From positions 372,001 to 436,000 of the forward strand of contig CAVNZM010000014.1 in the NCBI GenBank assembly GCA_963693365.1: a DNA stretch of 64,000 bases. The letters run 5' to 3'. The position numbers and the translations under genes are program-made. The stretch comes from Amoebidium appalachense (Eukaryota > Protista > Ichthyosporea). A model generated the notes under the pieces. The model worked only from the letters and a program-made list of their open reading frames with translations, was not told the DNA's origin and did not search any database. Each line of letters begins with the position of its first letter. Within the stretch, counting starts at the first letter, position 1. Below, piece by piece: positions 33,233 through 46,491 of this stretch.

Positions 33233-34094
33233 CCCTCCCCCTTTACTTCCATGCAACCGGGCATGGTTGCTCTGTGTCGTGCATCTGTAAGCACATACAC
33301 ATTTTTCGCTGCACTGCATTAGTTTGCACACACATCTTCACCGTTTTGCTCACCTTGCTTGCATAAGCAACCCTGCTCGTCTTTGATCAAGACGGGTTGA
33401 CCCGCCCAAGCTCAGTTGATGCTGCTGTCTGAGTTGGAGTGTCGTATATACGCGGGCTAAGGGGTCGAAACTCAGACGCAATTGATGACTTGGGTCCTCC
33501 CTGAGGATGGGCTCTGCTTATGACGCATACTGTGCACATGGCTGATGTTGCATACTTGAATGTTTGCCTTTGCATGTGTCCTGCACCATGCTTCTCGTCG
33601 TGTATGCGTACTTTGTACCGTGTTCCGCATTCAAAACCCCCCCAGTCTTCTTTCAGAGGTGTCCTTTCAGGACAGACCACTGTGTGGAGACCGCTTTACT
33701 TCCATGCAACCGGGCATGGTTGCTCTGTGTCGTGCATCTGTAAGCACATACACATTTTTCGCTGCACTGCATTAGTTTGCACACACATCTTCACCGTTTT
33801 GCTCACCTTGCTTGCATAAGCAACCCTGCTCGTCTTTGATCAAGACGGGTTGACCCGCCCAAGCTCAGTTGATGCTGCTGTCTGAGTTGGAGTGTCGTAT
33901 ATACGCGGGCTAAGGGGTCGAAACTCAGACGCAATTGATGACTTGGGTCCTCCCTGAGGATGGGCTCTGCTTATGACGCATACTGTGCACATGGCTGATG
34001 TTGCATACTTGAATGTTTGCCTTTGCATGTGTCCTGCACCATGCTTCTCGTCGTGTATGCGTACTTTGTACCGTGTTCCGCATTCAAAACCCCC

Positions 34095-34137
<43 letters not shown>

Positions 34138-36518
34138 TGCCCCAACACTCCACTGCTCTCTCTCTCGTCCCTCCTCCGAGGATGGGCTTTGCTTATTATG
34201 CATACTCTTTATGTATGGTTTGCATTCTGCATCGTGTTATCCGTTGTTCTTGTGTACTTCGTACTTTATGACGCATTCAAACCCCCCTGTGCGCATGGCT
34301 GATGCTGCATACTTGAATGTTTGCCTTTGCATGTGTCCTGCATCATGCTTCTCATCGTCTATGCGTACTTCGTACTGTGTTCCGCATTCAAACCCCCCCT
34401 GTCTTCTTTCAGAGGTGTCCTTTCAGGACAGACCACTGTGTGGAGACATCTTTACTTCCATGCAACCGGGCATGGTTGCTCTGTGTCGTGCATCTGTAAG
34501 CACATACGCGTTTGTCGCTGCACTGCATTAGTTTGCACACACATCTTCACCGTTTTGCTCACCTTGCTTGCATAAGCAACCCTGCTCGTCTTTGATCAAG
34601 ACGGGTTGACCCACCCAAGTTCAGTTGATGCTGCTGTCTGAGTTGGAGCGTCGTATATACGCGGGCTAAGGGGTCGAAACTCAGACGCAATTGATGACTT
34701 GGGCCCTCCCTGAGGATGGGCTCTGCTTATGACGCATACTGTGCGCATGGCTGATGCTGCATACTTGAATGTTTGCCTTTGCATGTGTCCTGCATCATGC
34801 TTCTCATCGTCTATGCGTACTTCGTACTGTGTTCCGCATTCAAACCCCCCCTGTCTTCTTTCAGAGGTGTCCTTTCAGGACAGACCACTGTGTGGAGACA
34901 TCTTTACTTCCATGCAACCGGGCATGGTTGCTCTGTGTCGTGCATCTGTAAGCACATACGCGTTTGTCGCTGCACTGCATTAGTTTGCACACACATCTTC
35001 ACCGTTTTGCTCACCTTGCTTGCATAAGCAACCCTGCTCGTCTTTGATCAAGACGGGTTGACCCACCCAAGTTCAGTTGATGCTGCTGTCTGAGTTGGAG
35101 CGTCGTATATACGCGGGCTAAGGGGTCGAAACTCAGACGCAATTGATGACTTGGGCCCTCCCTGAGGATGGGCTCTGCTTATGACGCATACTGTGCGCAT
35201 GGCTGATGCTGCATACTTGAATGTTTGCCTTTGCATGTGTCCTGCATCATGCTTCTCATCGTCTATGCGTACTTCGTACTGTGTTCCGCATTCAAACCCC
35301 CCCCCCCCCTCTCCACACACACACACAATATTTGTGTTGTGTAGCCCGTCTTTAATGTATATGCATTTTGTACTCCGTAACACATAACTTAACACGCACA
35401 CACACACAAACACCTCCCCCCCCCCCCCCCCCCCCCCTCCCCCCTCGCCCCTCTCTCGCCCTCCTCCCCCCCCCCCCCCCCCCCCTCCTCCCCCCCCCCC
35501 CCCCCCCCCCCCTCCTCTCTCCCCCCCCTCTTCTCCCCCCTCTCCCCCCCCCCCCCTCTCCCCCCTCTCCCTTCTCTTTCCCTCGCGAAGGAGTTGTGTG
35601 AAGATAACTGTTGTCTGTTGGGCTGTGTGTGGGGAGGGAGACAAATACGCGTGAGAGCGTGGTGCACGTGGGCTTGGGTGGGAAAGAGTTTTTCTTGCGC
35701 ACCACCCAGGGTTGGGGGTAGCAAAGTGTATGTATTCTGTTTTTTTTTTTCCTGCGCCCCCGGGGGGGAGGGGGGGGGGGGGGGGAGATAGAGAGCAAGA
35801 CAGGTATTGACAGCCGAGTGTTTTGACAAAAACCTTGGCGTTGACGGTGGTGGTGGTTAGGGGTTTAGTGTGTGTTGATCCCTCTAACGCTCTTCCTTAC
35901 GGTGGTGGTGTGGTGGGTGGGTGGTGATGGTGGTGGGGAAGGGGGGGGGGGGGGGCTGCTCTGGGAGAAGGGGCATTGACATGTGTGGGGAGCAGAGATG
36001 GGGAGTACCTGGTCTCGGGGGGGTTGGAGGCCGTACTGGTGGTGTGGCAGCTCAAGTCTCATGCCAAGCAGGTGTGTGTGTGTGTGTGTGTGTATGTGTG
36101 TGTGTGTGTATGTGTGTTGGAATTCGGATGGTCGTGCCTTCGTGCATAGGTGTATGCGCATGCGTGCCTTAAGTGTGCATGGGGTTGTTGTCGGGTGTGT
36201 GCATGTGAATATGTCTTGTAACTGTGTACCGGTTTTCTATGCATATATGTACCCTTGGACGTTCGTAAGAGTGATTGTGTGCGTGTGTTAGTGCCTTTGC
36301 ACCTGTGCATGTGTTCACGTGTTTTGTGTGTGTGTGTGTATCTGTGTGTTTACTGCAATTGCTTTGTTACTGTTTTTACTGCTGAGAATAGTATCGTGTG
36401 ACCTTTTAGTATGTCTCTGACATGTTGAAATGTGCAAGAGTGGAACCATGCATGCATAACACACAGTCTGGACTTAAGCACGCAGGAATCGGGCTCGTGG
36501 TGTGTCCTGAGATGTGTG

Positions 36519-36567
<49 letters not shown>

Positions 36568-37017
36568 ATGTGTCTATGTGGTGTGTATGTGTGTGTACTC
36601 TGTTCGTGCGTATATGTACATAAGGTGTTCCCCTTATTTCTTCTAATTTCTCGTGATTTCTTCACAGTTCCTGCCCCGTCTTGGTGCGCCCATAGTGAGT
36701 GTTGTGGTCAGCCCTGACGATCTGCACTATGTCACAGCACACACAGACAATGCCCTACGCATCATCAATGTCCGCACATTCCAAGGTGGTGTATATGCCC
36801 TTTAGTAAACACAGGCACACGCACAGCACATGTACATACACATGCATGCGCACAAACGCACGCATGCGCATGCACACAGACACGTTGCTGCATACTTACC
36901 CTCCCCCTCCCCATACACATACACAGCCATACACGCACCCCCTCCCAGCCCCCCCCCCCCCCCCCCCCCCACCCACCCACCCACCCACCCACACAGACAC
37001 ACACACTGCCATACGTG

Positions 37018-37066
<49 letters not shown>

Positions 37067-37705
37067 ACACACACCCACCCACACAGACACATGCACACTG
37101 CCATACACTTCACGAGCATGCACATTCGATGACGTTGGCCCTGTGTACTGGAAGGAGCGAGGGTGAACCTGTTGTTCGGTGTTCACGTTCTTTCTTCTTC
37201 TTCTCTGTGTGTGTGTCTCCTTTTTGGGGAGGGGGAGGGGGCTGGAATAGGGGGGGGGGGGGGGGAGGACTGGAGGAAGGAGAGAGAGAGAGAGGGAGAG
37301 AGTCGAGCAGCAGTTAATAAGTTTAAAATTAGAGTGGAAAGATGGAAACAATCGCAGGCACGGGATGTATCTACACGAGGTACACGAGGTATTTCATGTG
37401 TTAAACACATGCACAACCACCAACTGGCATGCACTCTTGTCAATCACCTAGACACCCCAGTGCATGCTCCCTACACCTGCCCCGTACTGAAACCGCCGGC
37501 CCAGCCCTGTGGGTCTTCGGCTCAAATCCGGTGGCCACAGAAACCTGCCCCCCACCCTTGCATTGGCTGCGCCCTAGTGGGCCCCGCTGTGTGGCGGTGG
37601 GCAATATTCACCTAGCATACCCTCATTATGCATGCTCTTTGTTGTGGTTTGCACTCTGCATAATGTTGAGAGTTATGAAATGTGTGCTTCGTATTCTATA
37701 CCACA

Positions 37706-37739
<34 letters not shown>

Positions 37740-37835
37740 TTCCTTCCCTACCGCCCCCCTGTCCCACCTCTGCATTTATCCTGCAACCTGTTTCTTTCAT
37801 CGTGTAGTTGTACCTCGTTCCGTGTTTCCCATTCT

Positions 37836-37870
<35 letters not shown>

Positions 37871-38457
37871 ATCCCCCCCCATCCCTTTCCCCCCTCCCCC
37901 CTTATCTCTCCCTGCCAGCATGCAACATATAGTTGTGCAAACCACACACTGACCGTGTTTATGCAGTTGAGCGTGAGCTTCGAGGACTTGTGATGGCCGG
38001 GGGCCGGTTTGGTCTTAGCCGTGTGGCCGTGCACCCGACACAGGGCACATGTTGCCTGCCTGCGCAGTCCAGCCAGCTGCAGATGTATGACCTGCTGTCT
38101 GATAGGCATGTGGCTGATCTGGCTGTGGGGCCACATATGTACGTCGCAAGGAAGGAGGGTACGTGCCTTATTATTGAAGGAGGAGGGGGAGGAGGGGGGA
38201 GGGGGAGAGAGAAAGAGAAAGAGGGGGGGGGGGGGGGGGGGGGGAGGGGGGGATATTTGTGGCTGGGCTTATGTTGTGGTTGCTCTTTGGGACAAACGAT
38301 GCGGGTCACCATGGGTATGTAGCAGCAGGCGCCGTAGGTGTGTATGTGTGTGTGTGTGTGTGTTTCAGCATGCTGAGGTGGTTATTTGGTTTGTGCAACA
38401 TGCGCTGAAGTAGTGGCCTTTAGTTGGCTACGTACGTGGTACATACCCTCATAGTTG

Positions 38458-38519
<62 letters not shown>

Positions 38520-38661
38520 CACGGAGGCGTCCACCATACACGTAGACCACGTTGCCTATGCAGCCGACGGGCAGGCGCTGGTGACGGGGGAGAGAAAGGT
38601 CAGCCCAGAGGGAAGGGTCGAGGTTAGGGTCAGATTCTGGGCATACAGCCCAGACCAGCAG

Positions 38662-38742
<81 letters not shown>

Positions 38743-39506
38743 GGGGGGGTGGGGGGTGGGGGGTGGGGAGGGGGATGGGGGTGGTGTGTGGGTGTATGCG
38801 TGGGTAGGTGTATGTGTGTTTTTAGGGGGAGGGGGGGGGGGGTTGAGTGTGCGCGTTGGTGTGTGGGAGCGGGAGGGGTATAGTGTGTATGTTTGTGTGG
38901 GGAGGGGGAAGAGGTGTGTGTGTGTGGGGGGGGGGGGGGGGGGGGTTGGTGAGTGGTGTGGGTGTGTGTGTGTGTAGGGCGTGGGGAGGGGGGGGGGGGG
39001 GGGAGTGTGGGTGTGGGTGTGAGTTCGGTAGTGTTGGTATATGTGCACACACATGCACACTGGTCTTCTTCTGTGAAGGTGTCTCGGGGAAAAGCAGGGA
39101 TTAGGTTGCGTGCGGGGAGTTGGAAGGTGGGCAGGGATAGCCCCGACGGTGAATGATAATGGCTGAAGGTGCGATGGAAAAGGATGTGTGCCTGCCGATT
39201 CATATCTTTGGCTGGTTGGGTGTGTCAATGAGAGTGGGTGTGTGTTGATCTTGCTCTTGTTCGCTATCGTAATGCATATATATGCTCACACGCACGCGCA
39301 CACACACACACACACACACGCACACACACACACACAGGTACATCCAGACCACGTGTGCCGATGCGGCACACAGCAAGCCGCTGACGTCCGTGTCAGCCAG
39401 CAGCAGGGAGGGGGTAGCTGCCAGCACGTCACTGGATGGCACATTCAAACTGTGGGTCTTCAACGACACAAAGGGTAGGTGCACACACACACACGGGCAC
39501 GAAGGG

Positions 39507-39563
<57 letters not shown>

Positions 39564-40798
39564 GGAGTACATGTGCACAGAGGGGTATATAATACACACG
39601 CACACACACGTTAACAGAGGGGCACACACACACGTGCACAGTGGGGCACACACACACAAGTGAGACTACATGTGCATAGAGGGGTATAAGATACACGTGC
39701 CCAAAGGGTCACACACACACACACACACACGTGGGACCATACGTGTATAGAGGGGCACACACACACATGTGGGACCACACGTGTACAGAAGGGCACACAT
39801 ACACACTGGCATACACGTGCACAGAGGGGCACACATACACACTGGCATACACGTGCACAGAGGGGCACACATACACACTGGCATACACGTGCACAGAGGG
39901 GCACACATACACACTGGCATACACGTGCACAGAGGGGCACACATACACACTGGCATACACGTGCACAGAGGGGCACACATACACACTGGCATACACGTGC
40001 ACAGAGGGGCACACATACACACTGGCATACACGTGTACAGAAGGGCACACATACACACTGGCATACACGTGTACAGAAGGGCACACATACACACTGGCAT
40101 ACACGTGTACAGAAGGGCACACATACACACTGGCATACACGTGCACAGAGGGGCACACACTGCACACACACACACGTGTGCAGAAGGACACACATACACA
40201 CTGGCATACACGTGCACAGAGGGGCACACATACACACTGGCATACACGTGCACAGAGGGGCACACATACACACTGGCATACACGTGTACAGAAGGGCACA
40301 CATACACACTGGCATACACGTGCACAGAAGGGCACACATACACACTGGCATACACGTGTACAGAAGGGCACACATACACACTGGCATACACGTGCACAGA
40401 AGGGCACACATACACACTGGCATACACGTGCACAGAGGGGCACACACTGCACGCACACACACGTGTGCAGACAGGCCCACACAGACAGTGCACACACACA
40501 CCCGTCATGCCATTGACAGAGGGGTACACACGAGCCCAGGCACCGTCCCCACTCCCTCCATCTCAAATTTGCCCTTTCTGCCCCCCCACACCCAACCCGA
40601 CACCCCATATATTCTCTGTGCACAACCACTTATTTAAACCAATGGTTGCCCTCCAATGCACATTCCACTGATATTTTTGGCCAATCAGAGGGCAGCAGCT
40701 GGTGGGACTGTGCGGCTACTGGCACATTCCGCAGCCTGCCAGCCACAGCATCTGACTTCAGCCACGATGGGTCTCTGCTGGCAGTGGCATTCGAACAG

Positions 40799-40879
<81 letters not shown>

Positions 40880-42071
40880 GGGGAGGGGGGAGGGGGGAGG
40901 GAGATAGAACAGTGCTGCAAGTGGAACATGCCGGGTTGAACACAAGGTGAATGCAGCCTCATCGCACCGACGGTATCCTCAAAGCCGGATTGCAGGGAGA
41001 GACATGGATGATTGGTCAGAGGGGTGCAATTTGTTATGCGCTGTGGGTCGCAGTGCCTAGCTTGCAAATCCTGAGCGAGAAAAATGTCCCCCCCCCCCCC
41101 CCCCCCCCCCTCTTCTCCTTTCTCCCGGAGTGCCAAGGACCACCACAACCAGCACCAACCACATTCTAACCCATCCCCCGACTACATCATCCCCCTCCCC
41201 CTCCCCCCACCCACCCACAACCATACAAAACACACACACAGACGGTGACGCTGTGGGCACCCAGTACGGGGGCACTGGCCGGGACACTCAATCAGGGCAA
41301 TCAGGCTGGCAGTGTGACGTCATTGGTGTTTGTGCCGGGCACGGCGTATCTGGCGGCAGCAACACAAAATACCGTCACCGTGTGGAACCTTCTGACTGGA
41401 TCCGGTAGGTGGGGGCTAGAGGGGGTGCATGATTTGGAGGGGGGGGGGGGGGGGGGGGGGGGGAGGGAGGGGGGAAAGATGGATTATATGAATGGTTCCG
41501 TATGTATGTTGGTTTTTTTTATTTTTCGGTGGCGGCGGCGGCGGGTTGAGGGGGGGGGGAGGGGGGAGGGAGGGGAATGGGGATATGGCTTTCCTTTGCT
41601 GCGCCGCTGCGGAGTGGCTTGATCTGAACTTTGATTAATGGAAGTGTGAACGAAGGGATCAGATTGGGTTTGTGCCGCTGACGACTTCTCCGTCGTAACG
41701 CGCACACACACACACACACGTACACACACAAACAGCATGGTGGAGCCTCCCCGTGCACAGCAGCCACATAGCAGCACACCCGAGCCAGGGAACATTGGCC
41801 CTGTGCCTGCCCCATGCATCGGGGGGAACACAGATTGTGGTGGTGGAAGCATCTGGGCCAAAAGTCGTGGCTCTAGGAGGAGAGGAGGGCCCGGTGGAAG
41901 GGTTGGGATATGTGAGGGACACTATGGTGGTGGCTACGGGGGGGACATTTGCGGTGTATGTGGAGGAGGCGGAGGAGGTTAAGGAGGAAGGGAAGGTGGA
42001 TGGAAAGGCGGAGGTTCGGGGAGATGTGTATGCGGCACTGTTTGGCCCAGGTGGGTGGATGTGTGTGTGTG

Positions 42072-42126
<55 letters not shown>

Positions 42127-42141
42127 GGGGAGGAGGAGGGT

Positions 42142-42205
<64 letters not shown>

Positions 42206-42853
42206 ATACTGTGTGCATGGACACATCTGAAAGGGTCCGGTAGGCATGGTCGGGGTTGTCTAGGACCAAGGCACTGCTCATGTTTGGTGGATGAATGGAC
42301 AACTGTGTGCAGTTGCAAGATTGTGGATGTTTTCCCCTTTTCTTTCCTTCTTCTCCATCACCATCGACTTGTTCACCTTCTCGTTTTCTTTTTTTCCTGG
42401 CGTTGCGCGGAGGAACGCGGGAAGGAAAGAGGGGGGAAGGGGGTGGGTGGGTGGGTGGGAAGGGTGGGGGGGGGGAGGGGGGGGAGGAGGATTTGTGAAG
42501 GTCGGTTTTGCTGGTGGGCGCAGTGGGTGTTGTGATGTAGCAGTGTGCGTGTAGTGAGGGGGCCATGCTAATATTTGTTTTGCAGTGGGTCGCAAGCCAG
42601 CGAGCAGTGTTCTTCTTCCAGACACCAAGCAGGCTGGGCCGGGCAGCCTGCAGCCATCGGCAGAGGTCTTTGCAGCACCTAGTCACGTTCTACCACCTGT
42701 CAGCACCCTCTATGATGTGTATATGGATGCACTCTTCAGGGGCATGCTGAGGTATGTGTGTGCGTGCGTGTGTGTGTGTGTGTGTGTGGGGGGGGGGGGG
42801 GGAGGGAGGGGATGTGTGTGTGTGTGGTGGTGGTGGTGGTGGGGGAGGAGAGG

Positions 42854-42884
<31 letters not shown>

Positions 42885-43334
42885 GGGGGGGGGGGGAGGG
42901 GGGGCAAGGAGGACGGGTGGGGGGCGGGGGGAGGAGGGGGGGTAGAGGGGCTGCACGTTGGTGCTTGTGTGTGGTGTATGCGGAAGCTTGTGCATGCACA
43001 CACGTGTGTGGTGTATAGTTGTGGGCAGGTAAATTGTATGTGGGTGTTTTGCTTGTGTGGGTTGGTGAGCGCTGGTTTGGGTACGTCGATATGGGTAGGA
43101 AGATTGGGTGGTGGTGAAGGAAAGGAAGACTTGGGGGGGGGGGGGGGGGTAGCAATCTTTTTGCCTCAAAAGTTTGCCGGTGGTGGTTTTGATCTGTTGG
43201 GGTGTGGGTGGATGTGCACCTGCCGGTAGTGATGTTGGGCATATGGCCTCAGCTATAATGTTATATGGCTATGATGGGAGGGCTTTTGCTTTGGTCGGTG
43301 AATGCGCCTTGCATGTTGCATGTGTGGTATGGGT

Positions 43335-43373
<39 letters not shown>

Positions 43374-44398
43374 GCCGTGTGCAGGACCAATAGACAATAG
43401 CACACCTGCCCCGTACTGAAACCGCCGGCCCAGCCCTGTGGGTCTTCGGCTCAAATCCGGTGGCCACAGAAACCTGCCCCCCACCCTTGCATGGGCTGAG
43501 CCCTAGTGGGCCCCGCTGTGTGGCGGTGGGCAATATTCTACTTTTAGTTAGGAATGTGTAGTTGTGGTGGTGATAGTCTGTGGTGGTGGTTGTTGGGTTC
43601 TGATGTGTGGTGTGTGTGCAGGACGGAAAGAAAGAGAGCAGACGGCGCTGACGATTCAGGTACGTGTGTGTTTGTGTGAATGTGTACGTGTTAACGTGTG
43701 TGCATGTGTGAATGTGTGTGAATGTGTGCGTGTGTGTGCGTGTGTGCGTGTGTGCATGTGTGCCTGCGCATGCACTGGTGCTTTCGCACCCTCCACACGA
43801 GCACACGTGCATAGGTCTGTTAACTGGACGTGGCACTATTCGTCTTGCCACCCCCCCCCCTATGGCTTGCATTCTGCATCGTGTTATCCGTTTGTTCTTG
43901 TGTACTTCGTACTTTTTGACGCATTCAAAACCCCCCCCCCCCCCCCCCCCCCCCCCGCCTCCCTTCCCCCTTTCCTGCCCTTCCCCCCCCCCCCCCCCCC
44001 CCCCCCCCGGGCGCCCCTTTTCCTGCCTTCTCCTCCCTCCCCCCTCCCCTTCTCCCGTGTATGTATGCTCTTGCCGTTCTTTCGATGTCGTGCACCGTGC
44101 TTCTCGTTAGCTATCGGTATAACACTTTGTACCGCAACGATGCGCACTACTTGATGTTTTTCATACTTCTATACAATCAATAGTGAGCATTTACCTTGCG
44201 CTGTGTACGTATTCAAGCCTCCCCCCCCCCCCCCCCCTCCCCTTTCTCTCTCTCCTCCTCCTCCTCTTCCTTTTCCTCCTTTCCTCCTTCCTCCCCCCCC
44301 CCCCTCCCCCCGCTTCACTTTTCCCTTTCCCGACGATCCAGATCTTTGTCTTAACATGGTCAAATATATTTGCAAGAGAAGGGAAAGAGGGGGAGGGG

Positions 44399-44429
<31 letters not shown>

Positions 44430-44613
44430 TTCACTGCAAGCACTCATGTACCTGACACGTGCTTGGACTGACACCACGTCATACCCTGCAGATGACGAGC
44501 AGCCCAAGACTGTAACACCCAGTGTGGCTAATGGCCCGGCAAAGGTGGGTGTGTGCGTGGGTGGGTGTGTGTGGGTGGGTGGGTGGGTGGGTGGGTGGAG
44601 GGAGGTGGGGTAA

Positions 44614-44645
<32 letters not shown>

Positions 44646-44736
44646 AGGGAGGTGGGATAAATGTGTGTGTGTGTGTGTGTGTGTATGTGGGTGGGTGTAG
44701 AGGAGGGGAGGTGGGTAGGGGAGGCGCGGGGAGGAG

Positions 44737-44776
<40 letters not shown>

Positions 44777-45536
44777 GGGGATACGTTAAGAACATGAGTG
44801 GTGTGATGTGGGCTAACTGCAGGCACACACAGGGGGTGAAGGGTGCAGCCGTCAGCGGCATCAATGAGCCAATTGGGGAGGCACAGTTGGATGGCCTGGT
44901 GGATGTGTTTGCTGCACAGCTAGGTACGGTCATGAGTGCACACACAGGCACGTGCACATGCTCGCACACACACACACACACACACACATTGATTCACACA
45001 CCACCACCATGTATTTGCAACCACAATACAGCTGGCACATGTTCAAACCCACCACCACCTCCGCGACATCCCCCTTTCACTCATGTCCAAAAGGCCCCTA
45101 CATTTTGCTTTCATTCTTTGCAAAAGCACAAGTCTTCCCTTTTCTAACGAAAATATCTTCGTACCAAACCGAGTTGGGACAATCTTAAGCGCGGGGTGAG
45201 GGGGGCGGGTGGGTATGTTTGTGTGTGTTTCTGTGTTTTTTTTTTTTTTTTTGGGGGGGGGGGGGGGGGGGGAGGTTGGACTGTATGCATTAATGATTAT
45301 ACAAGTAAAAAGGTTACTCTCTGTTGCACAATGTGTGGCTGTGGACCACGTGCACACACATGGTGCTAACACGTGTGTGGCTGATAAATATCAGGGCTGA
45401 ACCTGGGCCCATCCACCCCCAAATCCCCCCATCGGCCAGCAAGACCAAAGGCGAGCCCGGCACCAACAGCTAACGGGGTCGCATCTCCGGCAGCAAAGAA
45501 AGTGCAGAAGAACATAGTGGAAATGGACGAGGTGGG

Positions 45537-45567
<31 letters not shown>

Positions 45568-45743
45568 GCAGGGTTAGGGGCACATACAGGCATATGCACT
45601 GGGTGTTTATGTTTGCGTCTTTAGCATGTGTGTTTAGGAACACCGGCTCACTGTTACGGACACACGTGTGCACCCTTAGAGGGCCAGCACACAACATAAC
45701 ACACACACATGCTGACGGTATGCAAGCAAACACATTTTTGCAC

Positions 45744-45841
<98 letters not shown>

Positions 45842-46377
45842 TTAACTGCAAGCACATACACGAACACCAAACATCACAAAACACACATCACAAAAGGTGC
45901 ACGGGCGTCCAGCAGCTGATAAATGGTTAAAAAAAATAAAAAGGGGGTTTCTAAAAGCCAATGGCACCAATAGGGTGAAGCTTATGAATTTCATTGATCT
46001 GCTTGCACGGCACATTTGTCGTCCATGCGGACAGAGTATGTTGCCTCCCCCCCCGTCTCCTGAGTTCCTATCTATATTTTTCTTGCATCTGCTTACTGCT
46101 GCAACTTTAACCCCCGGCCTTTCCCACTGCCCTTGCCTGCATAAGCAACCCTGCTCGTCTCTGATCAAGACGGGTGACCTACTCATGTTCAAGTGAAACA
46201 GTATCTGAGTTGGGTTTCGTTAACGAGGGGAATAGGTCGAAACTCGGGTACTGTGGATGACGTGGGCCCCCCCTGAGGATGGGCTCTGCTTATTATGCAT
46301 ACTCTTTATGTATGGCTTGCATTCTGCATCGTGTTATCCGTTTGTTCTTGTGTACTTCGTACTTTTTGACGCATTCA

Positions 46378-46421
<44 letters not shown>

Positions 46422-46458
46422 TGCTTCAATCTTTTTCCCTTTTTCTTTTCCTTCTTTC

Positions 46459-46491
<33 letters not shown>

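Noticed and set aside
33382-33471. Canonical minimal hammerhead (ctgatgaagac...gtcgaaac pattern)
   Set aside because: The core reads UGAUCA, so the essential 3-8 pair is lost, and stem I and the cleavage triplet are not in canonical order within one unit.
33427-33477. gtctgag/ctcagac resembles the P4 helix of eukaryotic RNase P RNA
   Set aside because: Only about 33 nt separate the strands, the upstream GGAA motif is absent, and the solo copy does not keep the sequence.
39776-40445. 36-bp repeats of CRISPR-like length
   Set aside because: Contiguous tandem units with no unique spacers, no cas genes, and a eukaryotic intron context.
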